From Fistulifera solaris (taxonomy: Eukaryota): a DNA stretch of 64,000 nucleotides. Below the pieces are notes generated by a model. It did no database searches. It saw nothing but the letters and a program-made list of their open reading frames with translations, and had not been told where the DNA came from. Below are positions 25,744 to 37,740 of the stretch, one piece after another (the first letter of the stretch is position 1; the number at the start of each line of letters is the position of its first letter). Location of the stretch: contig AP026142.1 of assembly GCA_030295235.1 (NCBI GenBank), positions 620,001-684,000 on the forward strand. Reading direction: 5' to 3'. Position numbers and translations under genes: made by a program.

Positions 25744-26122
25744 ATCTCCATCGTTCCGAGTCAGCCTGTCATTGAAGTTCGATTTGTTCTGCTAGATTGG
25801 TAAGCCGTAAGCCATCATTGCGTTAAGCCAAATGCGTTTAGCTTTGGCAGCATTGACAATACGTGCCTCTTGATTTTCCGGGTCGGATAAACTCTTGTGA
25901 ATTGTGAAGTGATGTTTTCCGTAATTATGATCACGACTGGATTTCGGTGACGAGTCATGAATGACAGATCCGCCACGTGACAAATGAATGAACGACGTGA
26001 TGATGTTTTGATGTTGCGGAAGCATAATCTCTGTACTACCAGTACTCCGTTCTATTTTCAAAACACAAACCAAATCAAAACAGAATAACACAAATCGAGA
26101 ACTCTCGTTTTTGCGTAGCATC

Positions 26123-26995
26123 ATGGTAGCTGCACTACCCGTCCTTTCATGGATTGGCGCGGCGGTGATAGGCACAGCACTCTTTGACAAGTTCCTGAAA
26201 CCCAAAGTGCCCTTTTACAAGTTACAAATCGACCGTTTGCCGCGTTTGCGCTACATGGATGGGCAATGGAAGACGCAACTACCGACGCGAGTCACACTAT
26301 TCAATGAAAATTATGTATCCATCGATATTTATGCAGTTTCGTTTGATTTGTTTTATGCGGATTGGTGGGATGGAAGTTTACATCACCTCGCACGTGTCGA
26401 AGATCGCCATCAACAAATTACACCAAGGGAAGATTTACTTCATTGTACATCTACTTCAATCAATTGTACTTCATCTGCAATAATAAAACAACCTCCCGTT
26501 TGGCAAATACAGCCGCGGTCGGACTTTGACTTTCAAGACGACATGTATGTCGTCTTGTCGGCTTCTCTTTATGAACTCCTGACATCGTACCTGTTCACCA
26601 TGACATCCCAATTATGGAGAGGCAGTGGACAGCTTGTATTGCCATCCACAGGTGTGGCGCATTTGCAAGTCGGAAAGATTCCCGCGACCGTCGCTCTCCT
26701 TTGTGACAATGTCGTAAATACCTGGGCCATGGCGGTCGAAGCCTTTGAGTGCCAGTTTCAAGACATCCAGTTGGCGTGGGCCGACTTGGACGAGACAGCG
26801 GAAAAGACCATGCAGAAAGCATTGAATTGGCCTTTGTTTCCAGAAACGGGAGGATTCTTTTTGAAGGAATGGACAGTCACGGCCGATGATCAATTGGATG
26901 CATTTCGGATCATCACGCTCGAAGATCCACAAGTGGAGAAGGAAACGTGCCATAATAAACAATCCATGGATATATTATTTAACAAAAGGCAATGA
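26123..26995 (+). CDS. hypothetical protein with N-terminal hydrophobic anchor (possibly LEA_2-like)
   Basis: Open 290-aa frame with an N-terminal hydrophobic helix; the pattern VTLFNENYVSIDIY resembles LEA_2 only weakly. Confidence 0.6.
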   Translation: MVAALPVLSWIGAAVIGTALFDKFLKPKVPFYKLQIDRLPRLRYMDGQWKTQLPTRVTLFNENYVSIDIYAVSFDLFYADWWDGSLHHLARVEDRHQQITPREDLLHCTSTSINCTSSAIIKQPPVWQIQPRSDFDFQDDMYVVLSASLYELLTSYLFTMTSQLWRGSGQLVLPSTGVAHLQVGKIPATVALLCDNVVNTWAMAVEAFECQFQDIQLAWADLDETAEKTMQKALNWPLFPETGGFFLKEWTVTADDQLDAFRIITLEDPQVEKETCHNKQSMDILFNKRQ

Positions 26996-27102
26996 ACAAA
27001 GATAACTCAAATAGATTTGTATGATAAGCTACAACAGGTAAAAAGGAACGTTCAACATGCTCTAATAGTTTCATTCGATAACCGCGCTTCAACACTTAAA
27101 AA

Positions 27103-28095
27103 TTAAAGCCCCGCCTCTTTCTTTAGCTTTTCAAATTCATCGTCCACTGACTTGTTGTCACTTTTTGCCGATGATGAACTCGATTCTTCCTTGGCAGGAT
27201 TGAGCATACCCTTCAATTTATTCAATTCATCATCTACACTGGACGCCGCCTCCAACAGTTTGAATTGATCCTCCAAAGATGATTTACTACCGGGAAGTGC
27301 CTTGGACATTTCCGACGAAATTTCGGCCGCGGCTTCCAACGCTTCAACTTTTTCTTCCATTCGTTTGAAGGCATCCATACTGGTCGAGCCCGTCAAACCC
27401 GTCAACATGTCGTTGACTTTCTGTGTGGACTGTGCCGTTCGCGCGCGAGCCACCATTTGTTCCTTCTTCGATTTGGCATCCAATATAGCACTTTCCAATG
27501 TTTGCATCCCTTCATAGAGCTTATCGATACTGCTCGCCTGTGCATCAATCTGTGCTTGCAAGGAAGCCGCTTCATCCAATTGTTGCTGTCGTCGAGTCAA
27601 GGCCTCCTTGGCCAATCCTTCGTTCGAAGCCTTCAACGCGAGTTGCGCTCGCTTGTACCAATCTTCCGCAACGGCGTCGCATTGTTCTTTTTGTTTCAAT
27701 AAACGACGTTGTGTGGCGGTGACTTCAGCGTACGATTGACGGACACTGACCAAGTCTTTCTAAATAAATGGCGTGTCGAGGATAGAAAGTGTCGAGGATG
27801 ATGGAATGATGAGACAGTTGTCTATGGACGTATAGAAACACCTTAATTCGACTTAACGTACCTGCATATCTTCTACGGCTTGCGTCATAATTTTCTCAGG
27901 ATCTTCTAAATTTTTGAGAATATTATTGAGGTTCGATTTGGCCACACGAGTGAATCGATCAAACAAATTCATTTGCAAAGAGGTCGACGACGAAGGGATC
28001 GAGACACTTGGTCGAGACGCGAAACTATTGTGCGGAACAACAGTGAAAGCACTGGTGGTCGCCAACAAGAGAGTGGCAAATCCCAATCGCACCAT
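27103..28095 (-). CDS. VIPP1: VIPP1/IM30 (PspA family), plastid-targeted
   Basis: Presequence ..ATTSA-F; mature start MNLFDRFTRVAKSNLN..LEDPEKIM; intron 27760-27861; AFKRMEEKVEALEA. Confidence 0.92.
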
Positions 28096-28751
28096 TTTTA
28101 AAAAAAAGGCGACGACAAATAAATGTAGGTCGTGAAAGGTGAGTCGATTGCGCGTAATAAAGCACTCTTTTTCTAGAAAGTCAACCAAACTCTCTCCGGA
28201 TGCTGTTCCGTGCTGCACAAGACAGAGTCAGATTAAATTGACGCGTGTTCGAAACAGGAGTGTCAAGTCGACCTTTAAATAATGGAAACGTTGCAACAGC
28301 CAGCACACAATCGCGACAACGATGATCGCGACGCGAGGACGAGATTTTTCAAAAGGTGATGACGTGGAAGTCCATGCCCATGCGTCTGCAGAGTTTGCTA
28401 CGAAAGCTACGTGCTATGGTTTTAAAGTGTAGTCTTGAATGTTTTTGTTTTTATCGACACATGGCAACGGGATATATCTTACCGGCACCGCATTCTGTCT
28501 CAGTAGTATTTCTTACTAGTAGTACGTATAAAGACTACATTCCATCACTCCGAAAGATACTTTTCGAGCTGCATTTGTTCCGGCGTTTCGATTTCAACGT
28601 GATTTCACGTAGATCGAGTAGGTTTTTTACATTGACACCACCTCGATCTTTTTCTCGTTCCTTTTGCAGTGCAAGGTCATAGTTGCAGGAATAATTCTTT
28701 GTTTGCTCTGTTGCTTTTCAACGACTGACTTATTCGCTCTGCCCTTTCAAC

Positions 28752-29260
28752 ATGATGTCCCCTTTTGCTCGATTGACGGCTACCAAGATCGCACCCCGGT
28801 AAGTGCATGCAAACTGAGAGATCGTTGCGAATCTTGCCTTGCTTTTCACAAAAGACAAGGATCGCTGCCTTTTGCTTTGCAAGTTCATCAGGGTACATTT
28901 GTACACACGTTGTTACCATTGAAGTATTTGCTTGCCTTTTACTCATAACTCTCTCTCTCTCTCTCTCTCTAACAGAGTCGCGACGCGCGCTCAAAGCACT
29001 TCTTCGGTAGCCGTGCCCAAAAAAAACTTTCAAAAGGACTGGTTGAGTGATCCCTCGACATATCCCTTAATTGCGATCATGTCGATTGCTGCCAGTGGTT
29101 GTGCGGGTTTCATGGCGTACAAGCTGACGTACTGTCCCGACGTTCGTATCACGAACAAGACCAAAGTAAGCGCGAAGACAAAATGATCTATATACTTCTT
29201 TAGGGAATCTCGTACTCACACTCGATTTCTAATCAGGGTAAAGTCCTTCGTGATTGGTAG
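28752..29260 (+). CDS. B12D/NDUFA4-like small mitochondrial protein, paralog 1
   Basis: Exons 28752-28798, 28976-29165 and 29237-29260; WLSDPSTYPLI-TM-PDVRI motif. Confidence 0.75.
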
Positions 29261-29603
29261 GCATTGCATTGTAGCGATACCATTCCTGCAGTTAACTTCA
29301 TCGCAAGAAAGAACTAGTCAATCCAGTTGAGTGAACTACTGTATCTCTCTCGTAAATGTATCAATGTGTGCTGTATCCACTACTAGTTTGGCTGTATTAG
29401 ATATTTTTCGTGCCGTGTCGTGTGAGGTGCTATTGAACAAACAACTGGTTCTTTCAATTGGCTTGCATTTTGATTGTAAAAAAAGCCTCAAAATAAAGTG
29501 CATGAACTGAAACGTTTACTTCGTGGATGTTTGACGCTTCCTTGGATGCTGAATGTCAACGGATGGAAGCCATAACCTGTACTTCTGTTCTTGCTTACCA
29601 TTT

Positions 29604-32600
29604 CTATACAGGTCCTCCTGTCTCGCTGAGAGCATTACCCAGCACGTCCAAATACTGTTTCAGGTCGTCGGCTCCAACACCAAGTGCTATCCGAACAGCA
29701 TCATAAATTAAAAATTGGAGACTCACAAGGAGCATATAAAAAACGAGACGTAGAGGCAAGCCCCGGAAAAAGCCAGCTGGTCCATCCCGTTCCAAGACCA
29801 GCTGACCCGCCGCAATCGGACTCATATTCGACTTGGTTTTCTTCATTTGACTGATGGTTACGTCGGCGGGGTTACTAACGATAGCTGCAACGATACCTCC
29901 CAAAATTCCACCCACCAAACTAATTCCCAACGACAGGTTCAGCTCTTCTTTGGCAGCTGGAAAGACGTTGTACAAGTAGGTTGTGCTCAAGTCAAAAACA
30001 GTAAACTTGGCCGCAGCAAATGGAATTTCTTTTGCCAATACAACGGGTACAGCAGAGAACAGAGAGAAAAATCCTTCTTCAGCTACCATTCTGTTGTAAA
30101 CTGCCAAGATATTCGGAGCATAGTCTTTCTGAAAGACGGATCGGATCCTTACAGCCTCAAAAGGACTGATGACGAAGGACCCAAGAAACGCTCCGACGGA
30201 AGCCGCGGTCAAAATAATTGGGACTTCAAGCCCTGCACTCGCCGGACCAGCGAGCTCAAAAGGAAGCGTCTGGTATATTCGGTCAATGAATATGATATGC
30301 CTCCCCAGGTTAGAAAGCCCAACAACGTCGGTACCCATCCCGTAAAAAAAGCCCGTCGGACCGGAGTCGGCAAGTACGCGCTTGAAGGCTTCGATAACAT
30401 CCGGGTAGCTCTCCGGGTCTGTTTGAACCTTGACATCCGCATGAGAGTGAGAACAAACATTTAAGCAAGAGGCTCAAAAGTACGTACCTTCGTTTTCACA
30501 ACGTCAATCGGCGTTAAAGCGAGATGGACCCCTCCACAACAGATAGCTCCTGAAACAACAAATCGTAGGAATGATCCAGCGCCAAGCTGCATATCTCGCT
30601 CGATTGGTGATCTGCCTCGAGGACCAAAAATCAGGTTCGAAAATGACTGATGTGTCTTTAACGAAACTTTTCCCGGTGTCACTGTACTCGGGGTCAACAG
30701 CTAGAGTGTATCTGTTCAAGTCGGTGTCAAAAACTAAACCCACTCCACCAGGAAGAAGCTGAAGAATTTGTGTTGACGTAGATCTTGAATTAGTTCCGAA
30801 GGATGGTAAGATATCTTCCAAGCTACTGTCAGCGGACCTGATGGTACGTGGCTTATAGATTTCGGCGGCACTTGGATTCGGAATGGCCGAACCACTTTTC
30901 AGAATCTTTTGTTTAGCTTGGACAAAATCGTCCTCAGATTGAAAAGCATTAAAAACATCTTTTTCTGCCACGGGAAAGGCTATAACTTGAACAGGATCAT
31001 CGTAGCACCCTCTTCCAAAACATCCACTGCTACCGCTACCTCGCCTAGCCGCGAAATTTATAATCGATTCAACGGAGTTGGGGTCACTTGGGTTTGGCAT
31101 TTTCGCCCTCATCTCTTTGGTCGGTATTGATGTGGCAGGAAGCGGCTGATCTGGGGAGATCACTCGAGCCATTAGAGGATCGTTCATGTTTACACGCGCT
31201 GTTAGTGGCGGAGGTTCCACATAAACCTCAATAGGTTTCTCGCACCCATATCCGGTTCCATTGTTTAAGATTATTATATCAGAAACCTCATACTCCAACA
31301 CAGCAGTAGCCGTAGCCGTCACTCCCCCGTTTTGCACGGAAGCTTCGGGTGGCGCAATACGGATTCGAATTATTTCTTTTCAGTGTAACCAGAGCCAGGA
31401 TTCAGTAGCTGTATTCGTTCGATACGTCCTTTGTTGGGACCACCACGAAAAAGAAAAGCTTTGGCTTCGGCTATTTCTCCTTCTTCTCCACTTTCAAATC
31501 GTAAACTAGCAGGCGGTGATACTGTTACTTCAGGCGGTTTGGCATAGCCTGCACCTCTGTTGACGACATCGATCCTCAATATTTTACCGTTGGGCGATAA
31601 AATGGCTCGTCCTGTAGCCGTTTGGAAGGACTCTCCAGCGTCGGGTGGAGGAAACCGAACCTCGGGAGGACCATAGCCAGGGGCATAACCAGACCCAGGA
31701 TCCAAAATACGGACGGAGGAAATGCTGCCGTTGTCTATAGCTGCCAAAAGTTTGCTGATTTCATCGACTGGTTGGTTTTTCTCCATCAACGCAAACAAAA
31801 GCGCAATTTGTCGACGAGCCTCTTTAATTTCTCTTTCCATCCGCGCCTCTTCTTTCTCAGATAGAGGTGACAGGCCATCTTTTTCTCTGGATTTTCTTAG
31901 CGCTTCGGTCGACGGACAATATCTTTCCAACAGAGATAGCAAAAGGCGACGAGGTCCATCATCTTTTGCACGATATTCTTGCAACCCAACTTCGACACTC
32001 GCAGAGAATGCACCAAACTGATTTAGCCGGAATTTATTGACCTCTTCTTCCGACGCTGTAATCGGAATTATTCTAGCCCGCTCGTACCACCACTTCTGAC
32101 ATGCCTTGTCGAAGCAAAGAAGAAACCGGCTCAAATATGTGACGAAACGGACATTGTAACCATCCTTTTCCACATCAAATACTGTCACTCCCGTTCTTTT
32201 GTTCACAGGGGTAGCTTCCCATTTTTCTAATGTTGCTGCATTCGCAGCGTCTGTCGCTCCGAGCACACTCGCTGCCGCAATTAATGACGAGGCAAAGAAT
32301 AAGCGCCGTGATGTAGAGTCGTTGTGAGGCTCAATTGTGTTGGAGGAAAATTTCAGGTGGCTTTCAAAAGCATATCTGCAGCTTGAGTAAGCTGATTTGC
32401 TGAGAAGTCGTCTTTCTTATCTTGCTGAATATCCTCGGTCAGTAAACTCGCTTTCATCGGCGTCCATTTCGCCACACAGGCCCCTCGCCTAATTCGGATC
32501 AGTTTTTTTGGTTGAAACCTTTTCGTTTCGCTCGATGAAGAATGTATGAAAGGATGACGATGACTTTGAGCCGAAAGAAATGCCATTGCTGATGAAAAAA

Positions 32601-32625
32601 GACATAAAGTCATCAAGGACAGCAT
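29604..32625 (-). CDS. mitochondrial-carrier-family (phosphate-carrier-like) protein with a long N-terminal extension, probably plastid-targeted
   Basis: Three MCF signatures: LTPIDVVKTK (intron 30429-30487), SPFEAVRIR, NPADVTISQ. Signal peptide ..SSAMA-F, RR motif and GxGY repeats upstream. Several frameshifts, so continuity is inferred. Confidence 0.75.
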
Positions 32626-33117
32626 GGCAAAGCGCACCTGATGAGCACCAACAGGAGTGACTTTAGAGCGCTCTTTAACTGCCCTTGGATCCAGCCGCCT
32701 TCTCATGGTAGACTATTATATCTTTACAAACAATTGTTTACTGCTTGGAATGCCGACTTTCTCACAAACAAGTTCTTTTTTTGCGCTGCAGTCGTATGTC
32801 TCTCGTCGAAGATCGAAGATCGGTGTTTTGTGTTTTGCTTTCTCATGTTGTGGCACTGTGCCAAGATAGCTGCAACGGTCATAAAACACGAGTGACACTT
32901 AAGGTCTAATGTAGTATGGCACAGAGTATTTAACGGTTGTTTAGCGTCGCGTTTAATAAAATAACGTGAATCGGTAAGGCGTCAGTACTTTATGCAAGAT
33001 AGAAAACTACAGCCACGTGTCACGGCTTTATTGAAGCTAGAGCCTTAGCAATAAAAGCAATCCAATTACCGTACTCCTTAGTCACCTGTACTTGACTCAA
33101 GACAAGTTCAAATTAAC

Positions 33118-34626
33118 TTAGCGCGCTGTTACGTCCTCCTCCGCGGGAATTCGTTCTATTTCAATCCGAGGCATCCTCATTCCTGGTTCAGACTCGACCA
33201 AGTCTGTTACTTTAACGTCATCCTCTTTTTCTTCTGCTGCTTTTCCAGTAGCTGCGTCCAATTCTGGCCACCAAAGTGGAAGGTATGGCAAATATCTATA
33301 TTCACGATCTCCAATCTTAACCTTGTTTGTATGTGACCATTTGCCACCCTCCAATAGACCCACGGCTTCCAGCCGCATCAAAGCCAAGACAACATTCGTC
33401 CCCTTCACTGGAGGGCTAATGATCTTACCGATTGTTTTGTCGGTAGCCGTTTCCACCAACTTCGCTCCTGCAGTACAATCTTCTTCAATTTCTTTGACGC
33501 GCTGTCGCGATCTCTCTAGCGCTATTTTCAATTCCATTGCCGCTTCCTCATCCACAGCGTCGGTCGACGGTTCAATTGATCCAGTGGCTATCGCCACGAG
33601 GTTTCCTGCCGTGAGAACGGAGAGACGGGGAAGCCGAGTGGGTAAATACTGCAGTTCCTCGGGTGTAAACTTGCTCCGTTCTCTGCCTTCTTGTAAATTT
33701 GCCGCAACACGCCATGGCGATGGAACATCCGTATGAGGATCCAACAGCATAATGGGCATGATTCGTTTGCGCAGAACTCCCGTATGATGCACCCGAGCCG
33801 TCAGTTCCTGACCCAAATAGCAGCCCTTATCGAAACTCACAGCGTTCAAGTGTTCCTGATTGGATTCTAAAGCCACCAAACCCTTCAATTCCGAGGCCTT
33901 CGGCGACACCTGCTAAACGACGCACCAGTTCGTAATTTCCAGGCATCGAGGGAAACGTACTCCTCGCGAGGGCATCGGAAAATTGCTGCACGGTGATATG
34001 GCGTGTGCTCTGATCTTCCGGCAGCTGCAACACTCGCATTCCCAAACTAGGATGACGAGGATCGAGTCCGGCCAAAAAGCCGTCCGGTGTGCCTTGACTA
34101 TTCAATGTTCCGTAAATGACCGCCGCGGCCATATCTTCTGTCCGATCGGTGATTTCTACCTTAGTTCGTCGCATTTTAAACAGTTTCATATGCTCCAGTA
34201 ATTCATGAACAGTTTCATTGCTGACTTCGACGTAATATTGTTCTTCATTCAACTTCCACAATAACGAATCCGTGACAATCCGACCTTTATTGTCGAGAAA
34301 GCAAGTTGCGCGGAGTTGATCGGTGAATTGCACATCGGGATCCGTTTCTGGCTGCATATGACGCGGAACACCCGGACGTAAGGTACCTTTTTTCTCGGGA
34401 CGAGGGAGGATTGGGTGCACTTCTCAAATCGGAAGTCACCAAGTTTTGCAAGAACGATGTAGCGCCGGTGCCCGCGACTGACAAAATGCGACGGTAATGA
34501 GGCTCCAAAATTTCGTGTCCTCGTCCCCAAAGGCGACCAAAGTTTCCAGTAACTGTTGTAACAGAAGGGGGCATTGTTTACGTTTATTTACAATTATAGT
34601 AACGACACGGGTACTTGAGACTTCAT
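33118..34626 (-). CDS. IBA57: IBA57/CAF17/YgfZ-family Fe-S assembly factor
   Basis: [38 protein letters not shown], signature [16 protein letters not shown]; frameshifts; start approximate. Confidence 0.88.
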
Positions 34627-35032
34627 GAATGATAAATGGATAAAGAATGATACTCAGTAGATGTGATGATGATCGAGAGGAACGATCAAGAACACAAAAA
34701 GCGGGAGGTTTGTCGTGCGCTCGTCGATATTTTGCGGGGAGCTCACTATCGTCACTCGTCACTGTCGCACCACGAATGACCAATCAAGTGAAGGTTCCGT
34801 TGTGGAGCGTGACGTCAGACATCACACAATTCTACCTACAGTCGGGAAAACCTTGTTCCGTGGCCGATGTAAACGTCATCATTTTTCGCCTTTTCACTTT
34901 GGTTGGTGACAACGTTCACCCGCAAAAAGACGTGCGAGAGCGTCGGCATCTGCTTTTGCCTTTCGTCGAACAAAATCGCTGTTTGTTGATATTTTCCACC
35001 AGAATACCATCTCAACGACCTCTATCAGCACC

Positions 35033-35486
35033 ATGAACTCTTTGACTCGTGCCGCAACCACCACTCTTCCTCGGTATGTTCGTTGTATTTTGTAAGAGAC
35101 GCCGACGACTTGTCGTGATTTTGAATTCTTCGCTGCTGTTGCGGGGCATCACGAACGATCGCTTGTGCTCTCATGTATTCGTTGATGGCTCGAAAGAACA
35201 AATGACCCATCACACGAAAATTTTTTATTTATACTCCATGACTAACTCATTGCCTTTTCTTTTTCAATGATACAGGGTCCGCAGTGCCGTGCGCATGCAG
35301 AGCACAATGCCCCAAGCCGAGTCGTTCCAAAAGACGTGGTTGAGTGACCCCTCGACGTACCCCATTATGGTGATTCTCGGTGGAGCTGTTATGGGATGCA
35401 CGGCCTTTGCCACCAACAAGTTTGCGACTGATGGTAATGTACGTGTCTCCAGCAAGGCCAAGGGCAAAGTCATTCGCACCTGGTAA
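35033..35486 (+). CDS. B12D/NDUFA4-like small mitochondrial protein, paralog 2
   Basis: Exons 35033-35073 and 35276-35486; WLSDPSTYPIM-TM-GNVRVSSKAKGKVIRTW. Confidence 0.75.
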
Positions 35487-36550
35487 AGAAATACAATGCT
35501 TTTGGGGAAGTAGTGACTCCGTGGCTTTTAGATGAAATCGCTATAGAGAGCACTCTTTCTTCATTCACCATAGTTTTTGTGTTTGTTTCTCTTTCTCGTT
35601 TTTGATCGGCTGTTGTGACGACTTGTTAGCTACCGCGCGCATGGAATAGATCAAAATCCGCTAGCAATATCATGACGATTTGCAAAAGTAAATGGTGATC
35701 GAGGTCAGCCGTATCAATCATTACTATGAACTAGACTAGAGCATATCGTATTGCAGCAACTCGTCTCCGTAAACACAAAACCTCAAAAGGCGTTACCAGA
35801 TCCTGTGTCGTACTCTCACATCTTCCAAAAACTGTCGTATCAGGCATAACATTGTAGAATGTTTTTATTCGTCAAACGTTTACGCTGTATTTCATATTTC
35901 TTTACGGATCAAACGGAAGAATCATCAGCAATAGAGCGTCTCTGAAGCAATGATCCGCTACAAAATGTTTCAAGAAAAGGTAAACAATCGACCCAACCGC
36001 ACGCAGCTACGTGGATCGAACAATACTGTCAGAGAGAAAAGCACTAGATCAATGAACGACTGAAATGCAGTATTGGCAGTGTTCCGCCTACACCCTGGAG
36101 GTATAGTAGTTAATACGAAAGAGAACGATTTTCCAATTTTTTCGACGTAAATGAACAAGGCGTGCATCATAATGTCTTTCGGGATATCTGTATTTTGATT
36201 GAAGCACTGCTAGTAAACAGTGTTTACAGGACAGACGGAAATGAGTGAGCATCGATTCGCATGTTAGACTGACACTCAGTCGTGGAAACACACCGCTCAC
36301 ACCCTGCGGGTAGTAACTTTGTTAAGATATACCAACTTTTCCAGCTAATTGCATGTTGCTTCTAGCATACAAGTATATTGTTAGTAATTTATGTTTGCAG
36401 AACTGACGGAACGTTTCCGTCTCTATGACCCCCGTCTCAATCGCCCATGACTCATGGCTGAAATCCAGTCCCGATAATCCGAAAAGTTTTACTTTCGCTG
36501 TGACAAGAGACAAGAGGGTGTGGGGTAAAATTTTGAGAATCCATAGACTT

Positions 36551-36950
36551 CTCATAAAAATATGGGAGTGTGGCGTTTTCACGTACCCAGAAAATCTGGG
36601 AGTGTGGTGTTTTCACGTACCCAGAAAATCTGGGAGTGTGGTGTTTTCACGTACCCAGAAAATTTGGGAGTGTGGTGTTTTCACGTACCCAGAAAATCTG
36701 GGAGTGTGGTGTTTTCACGTACCCAGAAAATTTGGGAGTGTGGTGTTTTCGCGTACCCAGAAAATCTGGGAGTGTGGTGTTTTCACGTACCCAGAAAATC
36801 TGGGAGTGTGGTGTTTTCACGTACCCAGAAAATCTGGGGGTGTGGTGTTTTCACGTACCCAGAAAATCTGGGAGTGTAGAGTTTTCACGTACCCAGAAAA
36901 TCTGGGAGTGTGGTGTTTTCACGTACCCAGAAAATCTGGGAGTGGGGTGC
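36551..36950 (+). repeat. 34-bp minisatellite, 11 near-identical units plus 1 degenerate
   Basis: Unit CCCAGAAAATCTGGGAGTGTGGTGTTTTCACGTA recurs every 34 bp from 36586 to 36926. Confidence 0.97.
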
Positions 36951-37090
36951 TTATTGTGCGAACGACGAAACGCGAAAATTTGTCGAGAATAAAGACACCT
37001 CTCGGCGTCTGCCCATGCTCGCTTCGCTCGCGAGCAATAAAAATCCAAAACGCCGAAAAGGTCCACCAGCATGGAGTGTGGTTGCCGAAA

Positions 37091-37175
37091 ATTCAATGGT
37101 TGCTAGTATAGACTGTCTAGGAACAAATGGTGTTCACTACTAGGTTCTTGGCGTCTATACTAGCAACCATTGAAT
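37091..37175. repeat. perfect 23-bp inverted repeat with 39-nt spacer
   Basis: ATTCAATGGTTGCTAGTATAGAC (37091-37113) and GTCTATACTAGCAACCATTGAAT (37153-37175). Confidence 0.95.
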
Positions 37176-37282
37176 GATCTGTTGAGTTCAGAAACCTTTT
37201 CATCCACGTTTTCTTGTCCAGTGTATCCAATTCAATAACCGTGCTGTTTCGGTGGTCAAGCATCACATCACAAACACAACAC

Positions 37283-37416
37283 GCCTTCTTCATCAACATC
37301 ATGGACACCCCATCGTCCTTCTTGTGATGGTCACTTACCCCCATAGTTTGCCTTCTTAATCAACATCATGGACACCCCATCGTCCTCCTTGTGATGGTCA
37401 CTTGCCCCCATAGTTT
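37283..37416. repeat. 67-bp tandem duplication
   Basis: GCCTTCTT(C/A)ATCAACATCATGGACACCCC..CATAGTTT at 37283 and 37350, with 3 mismatches. Confidence 0.92.
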
Positions 37417-37417
37417 G

Positions 37418-37505
37418 CCCAGAAAATCTGGGGGTGTGGTGTTTTCAAGTCCCCAGAAAATCTGTGTGTGTGATATTTTCGACTTTCCAGAAAATCTTGG
37501 GGATG
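37418..37505 (+). repeat. three degenerate copies of the 34-bp unit
   Basis: CCAGAAAATCT cores at roughly 34-bp spacing. Confidence 0.85.
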
Positions 37506-37740
37506 TCTTACGTGCAATGTGGAATTATTCCTTTATCATGTCCTTAACCTTAACTTTTCCGCCTCTCACGGGCGCTGCCACAATTTGCATAGTGCAAAAA
37601 AAAAGAACGGCGACCATGATGCGACAAATAAAAGAATGACAAAAGACAAAGGCGAGTGTTGACGAAGAAAAAGGTGCACCGTCAAAAGAAAAAAAAGAGG
37701 CTGGGGCAATCGAAAAAGTCATTTTGTTTGAAAGCAAACT

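Noticed and set aside
28413..28430. CTATG-GTTTT-AAAGTGTA resembling the left box of the bipartite element
   Set aside because: No dyad block 13 nt downstream; may be chance.
36551..36950. CRISPR-like array (palindromic ~34-bp period)
   Set aside because: Units are head-to-tail with no unique spacers, no cas-like gene is present, and the context is eukaryotic.
36425..37111. Repetitive ORFs (QKIWECGVFTYPENLGVWCFHVPRKSG)
   Set aside because: All three frames are open only because the 34-bp unit lacks stops; there is no independent coding evidence.
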